A DNA stretch of 56,797 bases. It comes from Chrysochromulina tobinii (Eukaryota). Positions 44,301 to 52,128 of the stretch are shown one piece after another. Numbering within the stretch: the first letter of the stretch is position 1; the number at the start of each line of letters is the position of its first letter. Under the pieces are notes generated by a model. That model searched no databases. It was not told where the DNA came from and worked only from the letters and a program-made list of their open reading frames with translations. The stretch covers positions 1-56,797 of the forward strand of contig JWZX01003397.1 in assembly GCA_001275005.1 (NCBI GenBank), read 5' to 3'. The position numbers and the translations under genes are program-made.

Positions 44301-45608
44301 GATCCGCAGGTGCAGTGAGTGCCACCGAGTGCCACCGAGTGCCACCGAGTGCCACCGAGTGCTACCGAGTGCCACTGAGTGCTACCGAGTGCCTCGCAGG
44401 TGCAGCTCGTTGTGATCGAGTATCTGCGGCGCATCCGACGCACACGTCGCCCAGGCGACACGAGTGCCCTCGTCGAGCCGAGTGACGTTGCCATACGCCA
44501 GCGGCTGCATGCGATCGACAAGGCGCTGCGCTCGGCACAGAAGGCGCGGATCACAACAGCTGAGGCGGAGCTGCGCCCGTGCCACGCGCCCAAAGGGGCG
44601 TCTGCAGCGGGCAAGGGCGGCGCCGGCGAGGCGGCCTCAGCGGCAGACGCTCAGGACGACGTCAACGAGGAGGCGGGCGGGGTGGGCGAGGGTGCTGAGG
44701 ACGAGCTCGTCCGAGCTCAGCCTTCCTCGCCGTTGACGAAACTGGGGCGCCTCTTGGCCGGGACTGGCCCGGCGCCGGGCACCAGCGCGCCCGCCACGGC
44801 GCCCCACACGGCGAGCGCGCCACCGGGCTTTGCCGCCGCGACGCTTTCGTCTGCTTCCACAGGCGAGCAGTCGCGTGCAGCGATCGCTGAGCGGTTGCTT
44901 CGTCACCTGGGGGCCGCGCGCTCGCAGCAGGAGAGCCGCCCGGGACCTCACTCCCGCGTCTCGCCTCGCGTGGGCAGTCGACGCGCCGTTAGCCTGAGCC
45001 CCTCGACGCCCTCGACCTTCTCGTCAGCCGTGTACTCCGCGAGTGACGCACAGCTGCTCTACGCGATGCAGCACTTTGCTGCCATGCGCGCGCCGCTTGT
45101 CGGCGAGGGCGAGGGCGAGGGCGAGGGCAGCAGTGAGGGAGCTGAGAGTGTCGCCGACTCCAGCGGCAGCAGCGGCGGAGCTGGTGGTGACGTGGCCGTT
45201 GCACGGGGCGCCATAGCGGGCGCCAACACGTCCCTTCTCATGCTCACCATCAAGAGCGCCATAGCGGGCGATTTTGCCGAGGACGGCCGCACGCCGCCCA
45301 TGCCGCCGAACGTGCAGCCCACCCGCTGGCTCAAGGATCATCTCGGAGCCTCTGCTTCCCAATCGGAACCACCTGCCGGCGTCATGTCGAGCAACGCGAG
45401 CTTCACCTTGCAGCTGCTCAGTGGCGCTCAGCGCACGCAGTCGGCCCCAAAGACACGGGACGGGCTAGCTGACGGGCTAGCGCCGGCGCACAGCGCGACG
45501 ACGGCCGCTGCTGAGCGGCTGATGGGCGGTAAGCTGGCTAAGCCCGAGAGTGCGCGTCGCCTCGCCCGTGTCCGCAAAGAAGGAGTGCAACTACTGTACG
45601 CAAGGTAG
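41359..45608 (+). CDS. TTLL5: Tubulin polyglutamylase, TTLL5-like, 4 exons
   Basis: QKVNHFPRTQELTRKD, WIVKPVASSCGRG, FKFDLRIYV, FMHLTNYSINK, GNKWSLSAL and LKPWLLEVNLSPSL. Introns 42556-42953, 44020-44109 and 44310-44399 give a continuous frame. Confidence 0.88.
43570..43730 (+). repeat. Coding polyQ / polyP / (QP)n microsatellite
   Basis: (cag)n and (cagccg)n encode QQQQQQKQPPPPPQQQQPPPHPHPQPQPQP... Confidence 0.9.
43902..43959 (+). repeat. 15-bp tandem repeat GGTGCGATCTCGGGA, about 4 copies (GAISG)
   Basis: Units start at 43902, 43917, 43932 and 43947; related copies at about 43447-43490. Confidence 0.9.
44317..44394 (+). repeat. Intronic 10-bp tandem array GAGTGCCACC (7 full units + 1 partial)
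   Basis: Fills almost all of TTLL intron 44310-44399. Confidence 0.95.
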
Positions 45609-46395
45609 CTCGTGGTAGAGGCGCGGGTGTTGAGTGAGCGACCGGGACCTCTCGCACTCTGCATCGCACTCTGCTCCGCTCTCTGGCTCTGGAGTCGAGT
45701 TTTGTGCGGAACGGAACGTGCTCGCGTGGCGCGTGGTGGAGCCCGGACGCACCAACGCGGGGGGCGCCTTCGACCTTCGCCGAGCCGACGAGCCGCGAGC
45801 GGCGCGGGAGGCGGGGCGACTCGACATTTTAGTTCATTTTAGGGATTAGCGCGGCGTGCATGCCGTGCACGGGATCTGCGTGTGACAGACCGCCGAGGCC
45901 CGCCGACCCGGGGGGCGGGTCGAGCCGCCCGCGCCGGCCGCCGCGCCGCGCGGCCCGATGGCCGGCCTGCGGCGGTACTGCCCGGCCCAATTGGCCCGGC
46001 CGCGTTCCGCGCCGCCGCGGGCCCGGATCTCTGACTCGGCCGACGGCGGCCCAACGCCGTGAAGCTACGCGTACCGACCCCTCCGGCGCCTTTTGCGCCT
46101 ATACCACGCCAGTCTTGCGGGCGTTACTTATATAAGTTTCGTAATTGGTATGTTATATCATCGGAGATCGCGGGTGCTCCCCCGCTCCCGGTCCCGCTTC
46201 GTTCCCCGGGCCCGGCGGCGCGGCGGGGCAAGAACGTGAAGAATCGCACATAATCGCAGCGGCACGGTATGAAATTTCCCAATTCACCGTTTGGCGCTTT
46301 GACGAGCACTACGTATCCTTGACTCGCATTGACTGTCGTTGCATCTGGCGCGTCGGAGCTCGCGACAACCGGCGAGCGCGGCGCCCCGCGCGCCG

Positions 46396-47514
46396 TCACG
46401 ACTCGTAACTTCGCGCAAGTGCCGCACGATGAAGCAGATTCGCGGAGCCGGAGCGCCCAGGGCAGCGCCCGGGGCTTTCTGGTGCCAAGGCAGACGATGC
46501 CGATGCCGACGGGCCAGATCCCAGTCCGTCCGGTGCCGACGTGTTCTGCGGCTTTGCGACCTGAAGCGCCGCACTCGCCGCCTCGTGACCGGTGAGCGTA
46601 GCGACGAACACAGCCTCGAGGAACTCATCGAGCTCGACCGAGCTCGCGCTGTTGCTGCTGGCGCCGCCGCCGGACGCGCCACTGCTCAACACGGCGTCCA
46701 CTCCAATGCTGGCCCCTGTCCCGGCTACCGCCGCACTGAGGCGGTAGCCGACCTCGATAGGCGAGGGTGTCGCAGAGGCCCCCTGCGCAAGGCCGAGCCG
46801 AAACGCGACCTCACACTGCACCTCGCGCTGCAGCCGGTGCAGCTCCGCATGCCCACCTACTCTTGTGGCGGCCGAGGTGCCCGCGGCACTGCTGCTGCCG
46901 CCACTGCTGCTGCCGCCACTGCTGCTGGCAGAGGCGGCAGCGACGGCGGCGATCGCTCCCGCGTCTGCGTCCGTGCTACGCACCTGGCGAATCACCAACT
47001 GCAATGTCGTGCGCGGTATGGTGCCCGTGTGCAGAGGATCGCACGTGTCAAACAGTGTGCGGGCGCGCTTGAAAAGGTCGTCGTAATGCAGGCCAGCACG
47101 CACGGCTCCGCTGAACTCGTCGAATGTGATTGGGTCGCTCTCGGCGCGGTCGATGAGCACGAGCACCGACCGCGAAACGTCAATCGGGCAGTCGCCGCAC
47201 AGCAGCCGCAGCAGCCGCAGCAGCTCAGCGCCCGTGACGCCGCTTACGCCGCGTCGCGCGTCCAGCGCGGCGTACGCGGCCACCAGATTGTCGATGAAGG
47301 CATCCTGCGTCGGGTGGGCCAGGCGGATGTAGCGGTATGCGCGAAGCAGCGGCGAGGAGCCCTGCGTCACCGTCCGAAAGTACTTGGAGATGAAAGCAAT
47401 TGGCGAGGCTGGCCGGTTCTCGAGCAGCAGCGTGACGACGTCCTTCATGTACGCCGTGACCCCGTACCGGTCCAGGTACTCTTCGGCGTCGAGTGACGTA
47501 GGGTCGATCGGCAT
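46396..47514 (-). CDS. TPGS1: Tubulin polyglutamylase complex subunit 1
   Basis: N-terminal RIIa/DD-like EEYLDRYGVTAYMKDVVTLLLENRPASPIAFISKYF, then LRAYRYIRLAH..AFIDNLVAAYAAL..GVTGAELLRLLRLLC. This follows the recalled TPGS1 pattern (EARPEEPIAFLAHYF..LRLAHH..FNNNVSVAY..GLDG). Confidence 0.82.
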   Translation of the reverse strand: MPIDPTSLDAEEYLDRYGVTAYMKDVVTLLLENRPASPIAFISKYFRTVTQGSSPLLRAYRYIRLAHPTQDAFIDNLVAAYAALDARRGVSGVTGAELLRLLRLLCGDCPIDVSRSVLVLIDRAESDPITFDEFSGAVRAGLHYDDLFKRARTLFDTCDPLHTGTIPRTTLQLVIRQVRSTDADAGAIAAVAAASASSSGGSSSGGSSSAAGTSAATRVGGHAELHRLQREVQCEVAFRLGLAQGASATPSPIEVGYRLSAAVAGTGASIGVDAVLSSGASGGGASSNSASSVELDEFLEAVFVATLTGHEAASAALQVAKPQNTSAPDGLGSGPSASASSALAPESPGRCPGRSGSANLLHRAALARSYES

Positions 47515-47619
47515 GAGTTTGCAGTTTGAGTTTCGTTACAAAATCATGCAAAATTTCGCGAGCTTTCGCTAATTCTCATGTCAAGCTTCCATCCCCGCCG
47601 CGTGCCCGCCGCGCCCATT

Positions 47620-48672
47620 CTAATGGTATGGATTGCGAGGCAAAATGCAGTGGTAGTTCAAGGGCAGCTTTATTCCCAGGGCGGGCGCCGAGTGCGAGAT
47701 GACCAGGCTCCTCCCCGCGCGCTGCTTCTCCGGCTCCAACACGGCGCGCCGGGTGCGCTCGCCCATCGGCGAGTCGATCCCTTCTCTCTTGCCGCCCGTC
47801 CACTCGCCGTCGAATACATTGCCGTTGGCATACGTCATCTTACCGCGCCCGTGCTGCATGCCGCACGCCCACTCGCCCTCGTAGACATTGCCGACGTAGA
47901 CATTGCCGTCGTACACAGCTGCGCCACTCGAATACGTCATCTTGCCACGCCCTTCCTGCTTGCCGCCTTTCCACTCGCCGTTGAAGACATTGCCGCTAGC
48001 AAACGTCATCTTGCCGCGCCCCTCCTGCTCGCCGTTTTTCCACTCACCGTCATAGACATCGCCGTTAGCATACGTCATCTTGCCGCGCCCGTTGCGCGCG
48101 CCACCTTTCCACTCGCCGCTGTACACGTCACCGTTCGCATACGTCGTCTTTCCGCGCCCCTCCATGCTGCCGCTTTTCCACTCGCCCTCGTGCACAGCGC
48201 CGTTCGCATACGTGTACTTTCCGCGCCCTTCTTGCTTGCCACCTTTCCAGTTACCCTCGAAGACATCGCCGTCAGGAAACGTGTACTTGCCGCGCCCTTC
48301 TTGCTCGCCGTCCTTCCACTCGCCGTCAAAGGAGGCGCCGCGAGATAACGTCATCTTGCCGCGCCCGTGGCGCTTATTTTCCCTCCACTCGCCCTCGTAG
48401 ACATGCCCGTTCGCCAGCGTGTACATGCCGCGCCCTTCCTGCTTGCCGCCCTTCCACTCGCCGTTGTAAAGATCGCCATTAGCAAACGTCATCTTGCCGC
48501 GCCCCTCCTGCTCGCCGTCTTTCCAATCACCGTCATACACATTGCCGCTCGCATACGTCATACGGCCACGCCCTTGCTGCTTCTTGCCCTGCCAGTCCCC
48601 ATCGAAGACAGCACCAAAGAAGGCGAGATTGCACGACCGTGGTGTGAGAGAAGGACGCTCAGCGTTCGTCAT
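47620..48672 (-). CDS. MORN-repeat protein (about 12 x 23-aa repeats)
   Basis: Repeated Y/F-x-GEWKxGxxEGRGKxTYANGDV with 69-bp periodicity. Confidence 0.88.
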   Translation of the reverse strand: MTNAERPSLTPRSCNLAFFGAVFDGDWQGKKQQGRGRMTYASGNVYDGDWKDGEQEGRGKMTFANGDLYNGEWKGGKQEGRGMYTLANGHVYEGEWRENKRHGRGKMTLSRGASFDGEWKDGEQEGRGKYTFPDGDVFEGNWKGGKQEGRGKYTYANGAVHEGEWKSGSMEGRGKTTYANGDVYSGEWKGGARNGRGKMTYANGDVYDGEWKNGEQEGRGKMTFASGNVFNGEWKGGKQEGRGKMTYSSGAAVYDGNVYVGNVYEGEWACGMQHGRGKMTYANGNVFDGEWTGGKREGIDSPMGERTRRAVLEPEKQRAGRSLVISHSAPALGIKLPLNYHCILPRNPYH

Positions 48673-48714
48673 CTCTCGACTGCCTTCCTCGCGTCGCCTT
48701 CAGCGATCTTGGGA

Positions 48715-49480
48715 ATGGATGAAACGGAATTCCTAAATCCGCGAGAAGTACAGCCTAGAAATTCGAATTCCTTTCTTGACTACCACGTGTTCGCCTTGCA
48801 GGTTCGCCCACGCGTTTGCGCGGATCGCTCCTCTCCGAATGGGCCGCGACGCAACACGCAGAGCAGCAAAGTGCCAGAGTGCCCATCCGCCCTCCAAAGC
48901 TCCTCTCGCGATCGAAGAATGCAACCCGATACTCACACTTCACCTGCCGCCAGCACTAGCGAGGGAGCAGGAGAGTGATGCCACACGCAGGAGCGCGTGC
49001 AAGCACTTTCAGAACGAAAATCCTGAGTACGCGCCGAAGAAGGGCTGCGTACAGACTTTCAGCGTCCGCTACAACCATCTGCGTGAGTACGTGTTTGACA
49101 GCCAACGGGACTCAAAGTCCATGCCTGCGGAGCTGCGATACATGCGCCTTTTCTTGCTGCTGCTCATCGGCCCGCCCGACATGCTCGCCAACTACAATGA
49201 GCACGGCACGTTCCGTTCGAAGACCGACCTTTGGCCAAAGGCTGTCAAGGCTTTCGGCGAGGTGGTTCAATACAACCACTACAAAGAGAGGCCTTCGGAG
49301 GAGGAAGCGCGAACAGCAATCGCAGCGTTGTACTCGCTTTGCTTCACCAAGCTCGGGCGACCGCGTACAAACTTCGCATGGCTGCGCTGGAGAGACCGCA
49401 TCGCCCCAAATGCGAGCCTGCTCGCGATGATTATTTCGCTCATTGTGATGACGCTTGCAAAATGGTTCTTAAACTTGTGA
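48715..49480 (+). CDS. Hypothetical tail-anchored membrane protein, 2 exons
   Basis: Exon 48715-48801 (MDETEFLNP..FALQ), intron 48802-48970 (GT..CAG), exon 2 in frame with C-terminal TM LLAMIISLIVMTLAKWFLNL*. Confidence 0.6.
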
Positions 49481-50025
49481 TGGCATAGGAAGCACGACGG
49501 AGGGCCACACACAGAGCCTGTGACCTTCGTACACCCCTGTGGACGACAACCTTTCAAAGTACGTTGGCGAGAATGGCATGGTCCTCTCGAAGGAAGAGCG
49601 AGCTCGCAACCGAGCTGCTGCGCACACCTGCCGCCTACTGCCGCCGTCCAAGAACGCTCTGTGCTGCCGCCGCGGTGTGTTAAACGGTGTGTTAAATGGT
49701 TCCGAGGCTGGGGTTGACGCGCGTGGCTCTTGCCGCGCCGCGCACACGCCCGAGGTGCCCGGCACCTTGCGTGTACCTCTACCAGCTCTTGACTCATGTA
49801 AACAACTTTTCCCCCTCACGAACGGGGAACACAATATTCAGGTCGTCGCACGGACGCATACGGTAGCTGCTAGGGTAGCTGCGCTAGAGCGGCGCTCCTG
49901 TGGGAAAATAAACTAAGGACGAGCCAGACATGTACCAGTTGGTTAGGTGGGTTCGATCCACTCTTTGAGTTGCAGGAACTTCACAAACAGGCAAGAACAG
50001 GGTGTGAACCCGGTGTGACCGCAAA

Positions 50026-50445
50026 ATGAGTGAAAGCGATGGAGACGCCGCAGCGATGAGCTTCCCCCTCGAAATAATCGGCATCGTGTCAGCCGTACTG
50101 CTGTGCGCGGTGGTCCTCATTGTTTGCCGAATCTGGAAGCGCAATCGGTACTACAAGAAGGTGCAGCACTCGCTCGATGAAGAGGAGCGCGCCTTCCAGG
50201 AGACGCTTGCGCGCGGCTACAACGATGAGCAGCATCTTGATGGTGGAGACCACGAGAGGCTTCAGATGCTCGAGACATATCTGCAGATGCAGGCGGAGGC
50301 TGGCGGCGCAGATGGGGCGACGTTTCGCAGAGGGAGCACAGAACTGCCCATGCCGACGCATCCTGAAGACGTCGATAAATTCATGCAGGAACTAGCGGCA
50401 GCAGCCTCGGGAGACGGAGATGAGGACGGCCCACAGAGGATCTGA
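50026..50445 (+). CDS. Small single-pass membrane protein
   Basis: TM IIGIVSAVLLCAVVLIVC, basic RIWKRNR, then an acidic tail. Confidence 0.7.
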   Translation: MSESDGDAAAMSFPLEIIGIVSAVLLCAVVLIVCRIWKRNRYYKKVQHSLDEEERAFQETLARGYNDEQHLDGGDHERLQMLETYLQMQAEAGGADGATFRRGSTELPMPTHPEDVDKFMQELAAAASGDGDEDGPQRI

Positions 50446-50857
50446 CGTGAGGGTATGTGTGCACCTGCATGAGCGTGGCGGTACGGTTCTGCCCTTCTCC
50501 TCTATCCAAAGTGACCCGGATCCACCGATGCGCATGAATTTTGTGGCGCGTCCGGCCCCGCGGCGGATGGCCGGTAAAGCGGTAAACACTAATCTATCCC
50601 CCGGGTCTATTACGCTTTACTAGCGAACATGTCCGAGGAGTTTACGAGCATCTCATGCCACGTGTGTGTGTGTCTCAGACACCACTTAACACAGCATCTC
50701 GGTTGTATGGTTGTATACATAGTCCGGCATACGCCATATCACGTCGACCGCCCGCTGCGTGAAAGATGGCGATTTCGCAAGCGCTCCACGGGACGGAGAA
50801 CCTCGAGCCCGAATCAGCGCTCTTCGATCGTGCGTGCGCAGTCCGAGCTCCGGAGCC

Positions 50858-51913
50858 TCAGTCGTGCTGCAGGCTCCTGACCGTCATTACGTCGTTGAGG
50901 TAGCCTGGCAACGCGCGGTCCCGCCGCAGGCTGGCCTCGCGCGCGGCCACTTTCTCCGGCAAGAAGACGATATCCTGCGCCCACGCGCGCTCGCGCTGCC
51001 GGCTGAAGGCGCTCTCGCGATACACCTGAACCTCTCTGCGCATAGGGAAGGGTTCGAGGCGCTCGAGGGCGTTCTGCTTCGACGTGGCCGCCTTGCTGCG
51101 ATATGCGCTCAGCTGCTTCTCACGACGTGTGTCGCGTCGGTGCAGCCGGGTGCGCTTCTCGTCCTCATACTCCCTCTCCACCACGCGCGCGTGCTCCTCG
51201 ATCTCGCCCCGGTGCTTTGTGAGCCAGAAGTCATAAATGGCTGCTTTGCGCTGTGCGCTAGCTGCAGCCTGGCTCATGCGCGCTGGCGCTGTCTGCGGCC
51301 GCACGAGCGCCGACTTGACCAAGATCGATTCGGGTTTCGACATGAGCTCACCACGTTGCACCACAAACGACGGGTTCGCCCGCGCTTCACGCGCCGCCGC
51401 CGCAAGTCGCTCGATCCGATCGTTAGCGGCGAGCACTGCTGCTGATGGTGGCGGCTTCGCCCCGGGCTCGTTGAGTCCGCGCTGCCGCTCAAAGTCGAAG
51501 ATCAGTTCATTGACCTCGGCGCACGCGACGCGGTTCTCTATTCGGAGCCGCTCGAGCTGCGCTTTCGTCGGTGGCTTCTTAGCCTTCGGAGAGCCCCCCT
51601 TCAGGCGGCCATCCCGTGCGGCAAGGAGGGCTTGCTGCAGCTCTCCAAACTCTAGAACGCCGTTGCCGTCCGGGTCGAGCATGTCAAAGAGCTGATCGAC
51701 CTCTCTAGGTGACGCGTTTATGCCTAGCTTGTGCAGTGCGAATTTCATCTCACCCTTGGAGATGCATCCATCAAAGTTGGTGTCCGCGTCTCGGAAAAAG
51801 TCAAGGACCCGAGCGTGGTTAGCGGCGAGGATCGCCGTCAGATTGCCGGGCAGCCCCGCGACTCCTTGCTCCTCGACCGCTGCCCGCTGCTCCTCGGTGA
51901 TGAGAAACCCCAT
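50858..51913 (-). CDS. EF-hand protein with coiled-coil C-terminus
   Basis: EF loops DTNFDGCISKGE and DPDGNGVLEFGE. Confidence 0.82.
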   Translation of the reverse strand: MGFLITEEQRAAVEEQGVAGLPGNLTAILAANHARVLDFFRDADTNFDGCISKGEMKFALHKLGINASPREVDQLFDMLDPDGNGVLEFGELQQALLAARDGRLKGGSPKAKKPPTKAQLERLRIENRVACAEVNELIFDFERQRGLNEPGAKPPPSAAVLAANDRIERLAAAAREARANPSFVVQRGELMSKPESILVKSALVRPQTAPARMSQAAASAQRKAAIYDFWLTKHRGEIEEHARVVEREYEDEKRTRLHRRDTRREKQLSAYRSKAATSKQNALERLEPFPMRREVQVYRESAFSRQRERAWAQDIVFLPEKVAAREASLRRDRALPGYLNDVMTVRSLQHD

Positions 51914-52128
51914 CGCTGCAGCCTAAAACGACGACGCGCCAAGGACCGACAACCCTCTTGGGTTGGACGGTCTGCTTCAGCTTCAACGTCCGGGAACTCG
52001 TAACGTCGGCCTATCCGGATACGACAAGTCCTACGACTAGGCTGACGGTCATTCCACTTTCGACCAGTACATGAATCTCCTTTTGCGCAGAATGTGGAGC
52101 GTGATCGTTCTGCCCATGAAACTGTCCC

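Noticed and set aside
40031..44394. Short repeat arrays as possible CRISPR or telomeric repeats
   Set aside because: No unique spacers, no cas genes and not TTAGGG-like; they are intronic or coding tandem repeats in a eukaryote.
45780..46240. Very GC-rich intergenic blocks (also about 33950-34420 and 54540-54880) as a repeated MITE family
   Set aside because: No convincing shared sequence, terminal inverted repeats or TSDs by eye; a genome-wide BLAST would be needed.
49860..49975. GGTTCGATCC T-loop-like motif suggesting a tRNA
   Set aside because: I could not form a canonical T-stem register, acceptor stem or D-arm.
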